A stretch of 64,000 nucleotides of DNA from the NCBI GenBank assembly GCA_047602405.1, contig JASGHJ010000002.1, forward strand, positions 2,048,001-2,112,000, written 5' to 3'. Every line of letters starts with the position of its first letter. The stretch's first letter is position 1. Below the pieces are notes generated by a model that worked only from the letters and a program-made list of their open reading frames with translations, ran no database searches and was not told the origin of the DNA. This document shows, piece by piece, positions 13,460 to 23,146 of this stretch. A program made the translations under genes and the position numbers. The stretch is from Anaeromyxobacteraceae bacterium. Its GTDB lineage: Bacteria; Myxococcota; Myxococcia; Myxococcales; Anaeromyxobacteraceae.

Positions 13460-14722
13460 CTAGGCCGTGCCCGGCCTGACCCCGCCGCCGAGGTCGAAGA
13501 TGTGCTTCGCCGCGGCGACCAGGGCCTCGCCCGTGCCCCCGTCCCTCGCCGCCTCGCGCAGGCGCGTGGAGGGCCGGTGGAGGAGCTTCGCGACGATCGA
13601 GCCCGCCATGGCGTCCAGGCGGGCCGCGAGCTCGGGGTCCTCTCCCAGGCGGCGGAGCGTCCGCTCGACCTCCTCCTTCGCGATCTGGCTGGCGCGGGAG
13701 CGCATCTCCTGGATGAGCGGCGCGGCGCGGCGCTCGGCCTCCGCGCGGGTCGTCTTCTCGACCTCCTCCGCGATGATCCGCTCGGCGTGCGCCACCGCGG
13801 CGGCGCGCTCGTTCATGGCGGCGCGCATGACGCGGTCGAGGTCGTCGACGTCGCAGAGGTAGACGTGCTCGAGCTTGCCGCTCTCGGCCGGGATGGCGCG
13901 CGGCACGGCGAGGTCGACCATCACGAGGCTGCGGCGGCGCTCCTTCATGAAGGCGGCCATCGCCGCCGGCTGGAACGCGGCGGGGACCACGGGGGCCGCG
14001 GAGACCACGATGTCCGCCGAGCGGAGCTCGTGCTCGAGCGACTCGAGCGGGCGCGCGACGCCGCCCACCTCGGCCGCGAGCGCCTCGCCGTTCGCGAGGG
14101 TGCGGTTCACGACCACGATGCTCGCGCCCTGATCGCGGAGGTGCTGCGCCGAGAGGCGGGCCATCTCGCCCGCGCCGACGACGAGCACGCGCTTCCCCTC
14201 GACGGCGCCGATCACCTTCTCGGCGAGGGCGGCGGCGGCGTGGCCCCAGGAGACGCCGGAGCGGCCGACCGCGGTCTCGGTGCGGACCCGCTTCGCGACG
14301 TTGAGCGCCTTGCCGAGCACGCCCGCGAGCTCCTTGCCGGCCTGCCCGAGCTCGGTGGACTTCTGGAACGCGTCCTTCACCTGGCCGAGGATCTGCGGCT
14401 CGCCGAGGATGGCGGACTCGAGGCTGGAGGCGACGCGCACGAGGTGGCGGAAGGCCTCCTCGCCGACGAGCTCGAAGAGCGGCAGCTCGCGGCCGGCGCG
14501 CTGCTCGAGCGCACGGCGGAGCGAGAGCACGGCCACGGCCGGGCACTGCGAGGCGGCGTAGATCTCGACCCGGTAGCAGGTCGAGACCAGCGCGACCTCG
14601 TCGATCCCGTCGAGCGCGGCCAGGCCCGCCAGCACGCCCTCGTACGCCTCGGGGCGCAGTGCCAGCGCCTCTCGATCGGCGACGGCGGCACCCTTCTGGT
14701 TGAGCCCAATGGCGACGAGCAC
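13460..14722 (-). CDS. hemA: Glutamyl-tRNA reductase
   Basis: GTG 14722 [19 protein letters not shown] (catalytic Cys); [42 protein letters not shown]. Confidence 0.93.
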   Translation of the reverse strand: MLVAIGLNQKGAAVADREALALRPEAYEGVLAGLAALDGIDEVALVSTCYRVEIYAASQCPAVAVLSLRRALEQRAGRELPLFELVGEEAFRHLVRVASSLESAILGEPQILGQVKDAFQKSTELGQAGKELAGVLGKALNVAKRVRTETAVGRSGVSWGHAAAALAEKVIGAVEGKRVLVVGAGEMARLSAQHLRDQGASIVVVNRTLANGEALAAEVGGVARPLESLEHELRSADIVVSAAPVVPAAFQPAAMAAFMKERRRSLVMVDLAVPRAIPAESGKLEHVYLCDVDDLDRVMRAAMNERAAAVAHAERIIAEEVEKTTRAEAERRAAPLIQEMRSRASQIAKEEVERTLRRLGEDPELAARLDAMAGSIVAKLLHRPSTRLREAARDGGTGEALVAAAKHIFDLGGGVRPGTA

Positions 14723-14759
14723 GGGGGGAGCTCCTTCGGTCCGGGGATGCCCCCGCATG

Positions 14760-14775
14760 AGCAATCGGCGTGCCC
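14760..14775 (-). promoter_or_regulatory. sigma54 promoter of hemA
   Basis: Minus strand GGGCACGCCGATTGCT (GG-N10-GC). Confidence 0.75.
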
Positions 14776-14828
14776 CTCGGTCGGACGAGGGATTTCCGGG
14801 GGTTTGGCCGGGGAGGACGCGAAAGCTT

Positions 14829-14844
14829 TGCGGGAGGTGCCCCG
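14829..14844. promoter_or_regulatory. Candidate enhancer (UAS) site upstream of the hemA promoter
   Basis: TGCGGGAGGTGCCCCG, 13/16 identical to the site at 41171, starting 54 nt beyond the promoter. Confidence 0.45.
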
Positions 14845-15092
14845 GACGAGCGGGGTCCGCGAAAGTGATGCACGGTGGGTCCACCTGCGGCGGTTGGTCA
14901 CAGGGTTTTCCCGTAACCTCATGTACTTGGAAGGTTTCGTGGGTACGCGGCGATTCACCGCAAGCGAACTCGAGGTCGCTTCCGGGTTGACCGACTCGGG
15001 TGTTTGCCCGATGCCCGACCCGGGGATGTTTCCTCACCGGGACGGGTACCGAGGGGGTACCGCGCGAGCCGCTCCTCGGCGAGACTGCCGCC

Positions 15093-15383
15093 ATGGCGAA
15101 CAAGTTCAACGGCGGCGCGAAGGTCGACGGCGGCTACTACTGGAACCCGAAGAACTGGGAGGTCGAGATCGTCCCCGACGGCGGCGGCACGCTCGCCGCG
15201 CCGGCGGACGTGAGCTACCTCAAGATCCCGCTCCTCGTCGCGATCCCGGCCAGCGTCACCCTCGGCGCGTCGTTCATGATGGCGCTCCCGATGATCGGGT
15301 TCATCGTCTTCGTGTCCGGGCTCTTCCAGCGGCTGTCCGGGAAGTCGGCGGTGACGACGCCGGGCGCGGGCGCGAAGCACTAG
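15093..15383 (+). CDS. Small hypothetical membrane protein (96 aa)
   Basis: [25 protein letters not shown] followed by a hydrophobic hairpin; strong GC3 codon bias. Confidence 0.75.
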   Translation: MANKFNGGAKVDGGYYWNPKNWEVEIVPDGGGTLAAPADVSYLKIPLLVAIPASVTLGASFMMALPMIGFIVFVSGLFQRLSGKSAVTTPGAGAKH

Positions 15384-15404
15384 CCATCTGCATCAGGGCG
15401 CCTC

Positions 15405-17051
15405 TCAGGGCGCCGGAGTCACGCCGCCGGGCAGCTGCCGCAGCACCTCGTAGGCCCGCGCGGCGCCCTCCATGTTGCCGTGCCGCGCCCGGAACGCGAC
15501 GAGGGTCCGCCAAGCGTTCGGATCCTGCGGCGCGAGGCGCGCGAACTGCTCGAGCGCCGCGTCGGCCTCGTCGAGGCGCCCGAGGTCCTCCGCCGCGAGC
15601 GCGAGGTTGCGCCAGGCGGAGCGCTTTCCGGGCTCGACCGCGAGCGCCTGCTGGAAGGCCGCGTAGGCCTCGTCGGACCGGCCCAGCTCCCGGGCGTTCA
15701 CCCCGAGGTTGTTCCAGTGCTTCGCCTCGGCCGGCTCGAGGGCCGCCGCCTGGCGCAGCGCGACGATGGCGTCCTCGCGCTGACCGCCGGCCCGGTAGCC
15801 CTCGGCGAGTGCCTCGAGGGCGATGGCGTTCGCCGGGTCGACCTCGAGCGCGGCGCGGAAGAGCGCCTCGTTCGAGCGCCAGTCGCCGACCCGGGCCCAT
15901 GCGACGCCCGCGTAGGCGAGCACGGCCACCGCGCCCACCACCCCGAGCACCTGCGACGCGCGCGGTGTCCGGACGAGGGCGTGGAGCCCCCAGACCACCG
16001 CGATGAAGAGGCCCACGCCGGGCAGGTAGGTGTAGCGCTCGCCGATCACCTGCGAGCCAACCTGCACGAGGCCGATCACCGGCACGAGCGTCCCGAGGAA
16101 CCAGGCGATCCCGACCGCGACCGCCGGCGTCCGCCGCGCCAGCCAGGCGACGGCGGCGAGGCCCGTGAGCACGGCGACGCCGAGGGCGACCTCCCACGCA
16201 GGCAGGGCGACCGGGTGGCGGTGGAAGATCGAGAGCCCGGACGGCCAGGCGTGGAGGAGCACGTAGCGCCCGTACCCCACGACCGCGGTCGCGACGCGGG
16301 CTCCGAGCGTGAACGACGCCTCCGCGACGGTGCCGCCCGCGAGCTGCGCCCGCATCGTCATCACGCTCGAGCCGACGGAGAGCGCGAGGAGCGGCAGCTT
16401 CTCGAGCGCGAGCGTCCGGAGCGGGGTCGTGTCGGTGCGGCGGAGTGGCCAGAGATCGAGGAGCAGGAGCAGGAAGGGCAGCGTGACCCACATCGGCTTC
16501 GCGAGGAGGCTCGCGGCCATGAGCGCGGCCACCGCCGCCAGCCGCCCCATCGACGGCCGCGCCGCGTGGCGCAGGTAGGCGAGCAGCGCGAGGAGCCCGA
16601 ACGCGGTCGAGAGCACGTCCTTTCGCTCCGCGACCCAGGCCACCGACTCGACGTGGAGCGGGTGCACCGCGAAGAGCGCCGCCACGAGCGCGCTCCGTCC
16701 GCGCGCGCCGGTCGCGCGGTCGAGGAAGCGGAACAGGAGGACGGTGCAGGCCGCGTGCAGGAGCGCGTTGACCGCGTGCGGGCCGGCCGCACCCGGCCCG
16801 AAGAGCGAGGCGTCCAGCATGTGCGACAGCCAGCTCAGCGGGTGCCAGTTGCTCGCATGGAAGGTCGTGAAGGCCCAGCGCACGCCCTCCCAGGTCAGGC
16901 CCGCCTGGACGGTCGAGTTCTCGAAGACGTAGCGGTTGTCGTCGAGGTGGATGTAGGGGTGCCCCAGCGTGCGCGCGTAGAGCGCGAGGGCGACCGCGGC
17001 GAGCCCCGCGGAGATCGCGGCGGCGGAGGGCTTCCTGGGTGTCGGATCCAT
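15405..17051 (-). CDS. TMTC-like GT-C membrane protein with C-terminal TPRs (copy 1)
   Basis: HLDDNRYV, NWHPLSWLSHMLD, HPLHVESVAWVAERKDVL, ERYTYLP, TPR WNNLG. Confidence 0.85.
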   Translation of the reverse strand: MDPTPRKPSAAAISAGLAAVALALYARTLGHPYIHLDDNRYVFENSTVQAGLTWEGVRWAFTTFHASNWHPLSWLSHMLDASLFGPGAAGPHAVNALLHAACTVLLFRFLDRATGARGRSALVAALFAVHPLHVESVAWVAERKDVLSTAFGLLALLAYLRHAARPSMGRLAAVAALMAASLLAKPMWVTLPFLLLLLDLWPLRRTDTTPLRTLALEKLPLLALSVGSSVMTMRAQLAGGTVAEASFTLGARVATAVVGYGRYVLLHAWPSGLSIFHRHPVALPAWEVALGVAVLTGLAAVAWLARRTPAVAVGIAWFLGTLVPVIGLVQVGSQVIGERYTYLPGVGLFIAVVWGLHALVRTPRASQVLGVVGAVAVLAYAGVAWARVGDWRSNEALFRAALEVDPANAIALEALAEGYRAGGQREDAIVALRQAAALEPAEAKHWNNLGVNARELGRSDEAYAAFQQALAVEPGKRSAWRNLALAAEDLGRLDEADAALEQFARLAPQDPNAWRTLVAFRARHGNMEGAARAYEVLRQLPGGVTPAP

Positions 17052-17115
17052 CGGCGGGCCGCAGGTTAGCGCGGAACCGGCGGGCGGACGACCCGTGCTA
17101 GGCTCGGCCGCACGG

Positions 17116-18996
17116 ATGGAGGGACCCGGAGACAAGCGCCGTGCCGCGCCCTGGGCCGCGGCCGTGGCGCTCGCAGCGGCCGTGCCCTTCCTGGGCACCC
17201 TCGGCCACGGCTTCGCGCTCGACGACGCCGTGGAGGTCGTCCGGAACGACCAGCTCCGCTCGCTCGGGAACCTCCCGCGGATGTTCACGACGGGGGCCTG
17301 GGCCGGCGCCGGCGAGGCGAACCCGCTCTACCGGCCGCTGACCACGTTCTCGTACGCGCTCGACTTCGCCCTCGGTGGCCTCACGCCGGTCGGCTACCAC
17401 GTCACGAACGTGCTCCTGCACGTCGCGGTCTCGCTGCTCGTGCTCGCGCTCGCGCGGCGGCTCGGGTTCGGGCCCATCGCCTCGGCGGCCGGTGCGGTGC
17501 TCTTCGCCGTGCACCCGGTGCACGTCGAGGCGGTCGCGAACGTCGCGGGGCGGAAGGACGTGCTCGCGACCGGGTTCACGATCCTGACCGTGCTCGCGCA
17601 CGCGCGGGCGGTGCAGGCGGCGCGGCCGTGGCCCGCGCTCGTGTGGCCGCCGCTCGCGTTGCTCGCCGCGCTGCTCGCGAAGGAGTCCGGCGCCGCCGCC
17701 ATCCCGCTCGCGCTCGGGTTCACGCTCGTCGTCGAGCCGGAGCCCTGGCGCGCCGCTCGCCGGCGGGTGGTCGGGCTGGGCGTCGCGTACCTCGGGGTGT
17801 TCGCGCTGTACCTGGGCCTCCGCTGGAACGCGCTCGGGACGCTCTCCCTGCCACTCTCCTCGATCCCCTGGGTGGAGAACCCGCTCGCGTACGCCGACCC
17901 GCTCGTCCGCGTGCTCACGGCGGTGGTGGTCCTCGGCCACGGCCTCGGCGTGCTCGTGTTCCCGCGCACGCTCGGGCCGGACTGGTCGTACGAGGCGATC
18001 CCGCTCGCGCGCGGCGTGACCGACCCGCGGTTCGTGCTCGCGCTCGTCGCCATCGTCGCGGTGCTCGCAGCGGGGTGGCTGGTGCGGCGGGCCCGCCCTC
18101 CCCTCGCCTACCTCGTGCTCTGGTACGCGGCGGGCGTGTTCCTGACCTCGAACCTCGTCCTCAAGGTCGGCACCGTCTTCGGCGAGCGGCTCCTCTACCT
18201 CTCGAGCGTCGCCTTCTGCCTGGGCGCGGTGATGGTCGTGAAGCTCGCGGCCGAGCGCGTCGAGCCGGGCGGCATCCGGGTGGGCGTGGGGCGGCTCGTG
18301 CCGGTCGTGGGCTCGATCCTGCTCGTGGTGCTCGCCGCGCGTGCCTGGGCGTACGCGGGGAAGTGGCGGGACGAGGTGACGCTCTTCGAGACCGCGGTGC
18401 GGGCCGCCCCCGGCTCGGCGAAGGCGCGGCTGCTCCTCGGCGCCGCGTACATGGAGGAGGAGCGCACGGCGGAGGGCGTGGCAGCGCTCGAGGCCGGCGT
18501 GGCCCGGCTCGCGGCCGCGCCCTTCGACGCGGGTCCGCGGATCCAGCTCGGCGTCGCGTACGAGCGGGCCGGGCGCACCTCGGACGCCGGGAAGCTCTAC
18601 GAGGAGCTCCTCGCCGGCCACCCCGACCTCCCCGACGCGCTCTGGAGGCTCGGCGTGGTGCGCTGGCAGCAGGGCCGGCGCGACATCTCGGAGGCGCTCT
18701 GGCGAAAGGCGCTCGAGGTCGACCCCATGCACGCCCGCGCGATGACCGATCTCGGCCTGCTCCTGCAGGCTCGAGGGGATCTCGGGGGCGCGGAGGCGCT
18801 CTGGCTGCGCGCCGCGCAGGCGGACCCGCTCGCGGCGGGCCCCTGGCTGCAGCTCGGCAGCGCGCGGCTCTCCCGCGGGGACGTCCCGGGCGCGCGCGCA
18901 GCGTGGGGCCGGTTCCTCGAGCTCGCGCGCTACGGGGTGTACCCCGGGCAGCGCGAGGTCGTGGAGGCGAAGCTGAAGGAGCTGCAGGGGCGCTAG
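17116..18996 (+). CDS. TMTC-like GT-C membrane protein with TPRs (copy 2)
   Basis: FALDDAVEV, LYRPLTTFSY, HPVHVEAVANVAGRKDVL, LAKE, ENPL, LGPDWS, GERLLYL, TPRs. Confidence 0.87.
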   Translation: MEGPGDKRRAAPWAAAVALAAAVPFLGTLGHGFALDDAVEVVRNDQLRSLGNLPRMFTTGAWAGAGEANPLYRPLTTFSYALDFALGGLTPVGYHVTNVLLHVAVSLLVLALARRLGFGPIASAAGAVLFAVHPVHVEAVANVAGRKDVLATGFTILTVLAHARAVQAARPWPALVWPPLALLAALLAKESGAAAIPLALGFTLVVEPEPWRAARRRVVGLGVAYLGVFALYLGLRWNALGTLSLPLSSIPWVENPLAYADPLVRVLTAVVVLGHGLGVLVFPRTLGPDWSYEAIPLARGVTDPRFVLALVAIVAVLAAGWLVRRARPPLAYLVLWYAAGVFLTSNLVLKVGTVFGERLLYLSSVAFCLGAVMVVKLAAERVEPGGIRVGVGRLVPVVGSILLVVLAARAWAYAGKWRDEVTLFETAVRAAPGSAKARLLLGAAYMEEERTAEGVAALEAGVARLAAAPFDAGPRIQLGVAYERAGRTSDAGKLYEELLAGHPDLPDALWRLGVVRWQQGRRDISEALWRKALEVDPMHARAMTDLGLLLQARGDLGGAEALWLRAAQADPLAAGPWLQLGSARLSRGDVPGARAAWGRFLELARYGVYPGQREVVEAKLKELQGR

Positions 18997-19002
18997 GCGC
19001 GC

Positions 19003-19896
19003 TCAGCCCCGCCGCGAGAACTCGGCGTGGAACGCGTCGAGCTGTGCGGCGAGGTCGAGGGGCTTCGCCCGGAGCAACGCCGCCGCCTTCTCGACGACGA
19101 GCCCGCCCTTGAGCGGCCGCGGCGCGGGGAGCTTCACGTCGGCGGTCCTCACCGGGATGATCTCGCCCGTTAGGCCGAACCGCGCGGCGACCCGCTTCGC
19201 GAACTCCACCCGGTCGACGACGGTGGAGCCGCAGGTGTGGAGGACGCCCTTGAAGTCGTGCTCGAGGAGGAGCTCGCAGGTCATCTCGGCGCCGTTGCGC
19301 GCGAGCGTCGTGGAGACGTGCTGGTCGAAGAACGCCTTCACCGGCTCGCCCTTCCGGAGCTTCTCGACGATCTGGGTCGCGAACGTGGACTTCGCGCCGG
19401 GGCGGCCGGAGTACACGACCGCCACGCGGGCCACCGCGCAGTCCGGCGCGAGCACGAGGGCCGCCTCCTCGCCCGCGCGCTTCGAGCGTGCGTAGGCGCC
19501 GCGCGGGTTCGGGACGTCCTCCTCGCGGTAAGGGCCCCGCTCCCCGTCGAACACGTAGTCGGTCGAGATCGCGACGAGGCGCGCGCCGAGCTTGCGGCAC
19601 GCGCGGGCGACCTGCTCCGTGCCGCCGACGTTCACGGCCCACGCGGTCACGGGGTCGCGCTCGCAGCCGTCCACGTCGGTGGCCGCGCCCGCGTGGAGCA
19701 CGGCCTGGGCGCCGAAGGCGAGGAGCGCGGCCTCCAGGCCGCGCCCGTCGCCGAGGTCGGCGTCGGCGTAGCGGTGCGCGCCGGGCGGGAGGCGGTCCGG
19801 GCCCCGGCCGACGGCCAGGACCTCGTGCTTCGCCTCGAGGAGCGCCACGGCCTCGCCGCCGAGGAGCCCGTTCGCGCCGGTGATCGCGACCTTCAT
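19003..19896 (-). CDS. rfbD: dTDP-4-dehydrorhamnose reductase (RmlD/RfbD family)
   Basis: MKVAITGANGLLG, TDVDGCE, ISTDYVFDG, PYREED, YARSK, APRP. Confidence 0.85.
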   Translation of the reverse strand: MKVAITGANGLLGGEAVALLEAKHEVLAVGRGPDRLPPGAHRYADADLGDGRGLEAALLAFGAQAVLHAGAATDVDGCERDPVTAWAVNVGGTEQVARACRKLGARLVAISTDYVFDGERGPYREEDVPNPRGAYARSKRAGEEAALVLAPDCAVARVAVVYSGRPGAKSTFATQIVEKLRKGEPVKAFFDQHVSTTLARNGAEMTCELLLEHDFKGVLHTCGSTVVDRVEFAKRVAARFGLTGEIIPVRTADVKLPAPRPLKGGLVVEKAAALLRAKPLDLAAQLDAFHAEFSRRG

Positions 19897-19930
19897 GCGT
19901 CCGGCTTGTAGCCGCGCGGGCGGCCCCGGG

Positions 19931-21763
19931 TCAACGAGGGGCGAGCTGCCCCGCGGCCGCGGCCTGGGCCTGCGACAGCCGGCGCAGGATGTCGGGATCG
20001 CCCGGCCGGGCGGCGGCTGCGCGGGAGAAGGCGTCGACCGCCTGCGGCCACGCGCCCGCACGGGAATAGAAGATGCCCGCGTTGCGCTGCACGTTCGCGT
20101 CGGCCGGGGCGACCCGCTGGGCCTCTGCGAAGGCCTGCCACGCCTCCTCGAGCTGGCCCAGCATCGCGAGCTGGATCGCGAGCTCCGCGCGCGCGGTGCC
20201 GTTCGCGGGGTCCGCCGCGACCGCGTCCCGGAACACCTGCAGCGCCTCGGGCGCCCTGCCCGCCTTCCGGAGGAAGTCGGCGTACCCGAAGCGCGCGGCC
20301 ATGAAGCGCGGGCCCGACTCGATGGAGCTCCGGAAGGCGTGCTCGGCGGTGTCGCGGTCGCCCACCTCGCTCGCGATCACCGCGAGGTTGAGGAGATCCC
20401 GCGGGCTGCCGGGGAGGATGCGGTTCGCCTCGAGGATGTGCTCGTAGGCGCCCTGCAGGTCCTTGCGGTCGCGCAGGCGCAGCGCGAGCACGCCGTGGGC
20501 GCGGGCGTTCGGTCCGGTGACGGCGAGGGTGTGCTCGAAGAGGGTCACCTCGTCGCGCCACAGGCCGACCTGCTGGAAGCTCAGGATCCCGAGCACGGCG
20601 ACCACGACCACCGCACCCGCTGCCAGCGCGCGGCGGGCCGCGAGCGACGCGGGGGCGGGGACACTCCAGACGAGCGCTACGAGGAGCCCGACGGCCGGGA
20701 AGTAGGTGTACCGGTCCGCGATGGAGGCCGCGCCGAGCTGGATGAGCCCGCTCACCGGCACGAGCGTGCCCGCGAACCAGCACCAGCCGACCGTCACCCA
20801 GGGGAGCCGGCCGGCGACGGCCAGCGCACCCACGGTCGCCGCGAGCACGAGGAAGGCCGCCCCCGCGACCTGCCAGGCCGCCCAGCCGCCGACCGGCAAG
20901 GGATAGAAGAACGCGAGGTCCACGGGCCAGGCCACGAGGCCCGCGTAGCGGACGATCCCCACGACCGCGTTCGCCGCCCGCTCGCCGAGGGGGACCTCGG
21001 AGACTGCCCCCCAGCGCGACTGGGCTACGGAGGCGAGGACGGAGGCAACGAGCGCGAGCGCGAGGAGCGGCAGCTTCTCCCGCCACAGCGGCCAGGATCT
21101 GCGCGAGGCGAGCCCCGCGAGCGTGCTGCGCCCGAGCGGCCAGACGTCGAGCAGCAGCAACACGAACGGCAGCGTCACGAGCATCGCCTTCGAGGCGAGG
21201 CTCGCCGCGAAGGCGAGCGCGACGAAGGCCCAGCCGCGCGGCGACGGCCGCCGCGCGTACGAGGCGTAGGCCAGGAGCGCGAGGAGTCCGAAGAAGATCG
21301 AGAGGACGTCCTTCCGCTCCGCGACCCAGGCGACCGACTCCACGCGCGTGGGATGCACCGCGAACACCGCCGCGACGAGGGCGCTCCGCCAGAACGCCCC
21401 GGTGAGCCGCTCGAGGACGAGCAGCACCAGCACGGCGTTCGCGGCGTGGAGGGCGACGTTCACGAGGTGGAAGGCGCCCGGCGAGGCCCCGAAGAGCGAC
21501 GCGTCCAGCATGAGCGACAGCCACGTCAAGGGATGCCAGTTCGCGAAGTGCAGCGTCGTGAACGCCCAGGCGACGTTGTCGAGGCTCAGGCCGCGCAGCA
21601 CCCGCGCGTTCGAGGCGACGTACTCGGGATCGTCGTAGCCGGTGAAGGGGTGGCCGGCCACGCGGGCATAGACGGCGACGACCGCGAGGACGAGGCCGGC
21701 GGCGACGGCGAAGCGCGCCGCGCTCGGCGGCTGGGACCGGGGCTCGGTAGGGTCGGTGCTCAC
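19931..21763 (-). CDS. TMTC-like GT-C membrane protein with TPRs (copy 3)
   Basis: GYDDPEYV, NWHPLTWLSLMLD, HPTRVESVAWVAERKDVL, ADRYTYFP, TPRs. Confidence 0.85.
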   Translation of the reverse strand: MSTDPTEPRSQPPSAARFAVAAGLVLAVVAVYARVAGHPFTGYDDPEYVASNARVLRGLSLDNVAWAFTTLHFANWHPLTWLSLMLDASLFGASPGAFHLVNVALHAANAVLVLLVLERLTGAFWRSALVAAVFAVHPTRVESVAWVAERKDVLSIFFGLLALLAYASYARRPSPRGWAFVALAFAASLASKAMLVTLPFVLLLLDVWPLGRSTLAGLASRRSWPLWREKLPLLALALVASVLASVAQSRWGAVSEVPLGERAANAVVGIVRYAGLVAWPVDLAFFYPLPVGGWAAWQVAGAAFLVLAATVGALAVAGRLPWVTVGWCWFAGTLVPVSGLIQLGAASIADRYTYFPAVGLLVALVWSVPAPASLAARRALAAGAVVVVAVLGILSFQQVGLWRDEVTLFEHTLAVTGPNARAHGVLALRLRDRKDLQGAYEHILEANRILPGSPRDLLNLAVIASEVGDRDTAEHAFRSSIESGPRFMAARFGYADFLRKAGRAPEALQVFRDAVAADPANGTARAELAIQLAMLGQLEEAWQAFAEAQRVAPADANVQRNAGIFYSRAGAWPQAVDAFSRAAAARPGDPDILRRLSQAQAAAAGQLAPR

Positions 21764-21821
21764 GGGGGGCGGAGTATACCGTCGGCCGGTCCCGCGCCGG
21801 GCGGCATGGTATGGAGGCGGC

Positions 21822-23135
21822 GTGCGCGCGTCCCTGCTCGCCCTCGCGGCGGTGCTCCTCGCCGAGGCGCTCGGCGTCTCGCACGGCAACCTGAGCAGGA
21901 CCGCGCTCGTGCTCGTGCTGCTCGGGGTCGTCGCGGTGGCGCTCGCCGTCGCGTCGCCCGGGCAGGGCCGGCCCCCCTGGGCCGAGGTCGCGCTCGGCGC
22001 CGGGATCGCGGCAGGCTTCGCCTACAACGCGCTGTTCCAGCCCGGCTGGCACGCGACCCACGCGCTCATGCCCGCGTTCCGTCCGGTGCTCGCCCTGGCG
22101 GCGGTGCTCGCCGCCACCTACGCCTGGACGGATGCGCCCCCGGTGCTCCGGCGAGCCCGCCCCCTCGCGCTCGCGGCGCTCTGGCTCGTGCTCGTCGCGC
22201 TGGTGTTTCGGGCCTACCCGGCACCGCGCATCGACGTCTGGGACCTGCAGCAGGGCGCGGTCGCCGGCCTGCTCCGCGGCCAGGACCCGTACGCGCTCGC
22301 GTACCCGAACACCTACGGCCCGGGGACCTCGCTCCTCTCTCCCCGCGTGCTCTCGCCCGACGGGGCCGAGATCCTTGGCTTCCCCTACCCGCCCCTCGCC
22401 ATCCTCGCCGGCGTCCCAGGCTTCGCGCTCCTCGGGGACGTGCGCTGGTCGCATGCGGCGCTCACCCTCGCAGCCGCCGCCGGGATCTGGCTGCTCGGAC
22501 GCCGGGGCCGCACGGCGGAGCTCGCCGCGCTGCTCGTGCTCTTCCAGCCGAACGGGTTCTTCCTGGTGGAGCAGGCCTGGACGGAGCCGGTGGTGCTCGC
22601 GTGCCTCGTCGGCCTCGCGCTCGCGCTCCAGCGTCGCCCGGAGTCGGTCTGGCCGGGCGTCGCAGCCGGGCTCGCCCTCGCGGCGAAGCAGTACACCCCG
22701 CTCCTCCTCGTGCCGCTCCTCGCGGCCGAGCCGCCGCGGGCGCGCCTCCGGGGGGCGGCGGTCGCGGCCGCGGTGGCGGCCGTGATCTACGTGCCGTTCG
22801 CGGTGTGCGACCCCGCGGCCTTCTGGCACAGCCTCGTCGAGTTCCAGCTCGCCCAGCCGTTCCGGAGCGACTCGCTCTCGGCCTCGGCGCTCCTGTTCCG
22901 CCGCCTCGGTGTGCAGCTCCCGGACTGGTTCGGGTTCGCCGCCGCCGGGGCGGTGGTGGCCCTCGGCTGGAGGCGCGCGCGGGAGCCGGCCGGCGCGCTC
23001 GCCGTCGCGGCGCTCGCGTGGCTCGTGCTGATCCTCCTCGCGAAGCAGGCGTTCGCGAACTACTACGGGCTCGCGGTGGGGATGCTCGCGGCGGGGGTGG
23101 CGGCAGTGCCCCCGCCCCGGCCCGACGGCCTGTAG
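21822..23135 (+). CDS. Polytopic membrane protein, probably GT-C (GT87-like)
   Basis: IDVW...GQDPY, GFPYPPL, GDVR, LAAKQY motifs; many TMs; GTG start inferred. Confidence 0.6.
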   Translation: MRASLLALAAVLLAEALGVSHGNLSRTALVLVLLGVVAVALAVASPGQGRPPWAEVALGAGIAAGFAYNALFQPGWHATHALMPAFRPVLALAAVLAATYAWTDAPPVLRRARPLALAALWLVLVALVFRAYPAPRIDVWDLQQGAVAGLLRGQDPYALAYPNTYGPGTSLLSPRVLSPDGAEILGFPYPPLAILAGVPGFALLGDVRWSHAALTLAAAAGIWLLGRRGRTAELAALLVLFQPNGFFLVEQAWTEPVVLACLVGLALALQRRPESVWPGVAAGLALAAKQYTPLLLVPLLAAEPPRARLRGAAVAAAVAAVIYVPFAVCDPAAFWHSLVEFQLAQPFRSDSLSASALLFRRLGVQLPDWFGFAAAGAVVALGWRRAREPAGALAVAALAWLVLILLAKQAFANYYGLAVGMLAAGVAAVPPPRPDGL

Positions 23136-23146
23136 AATGCGCGGGC

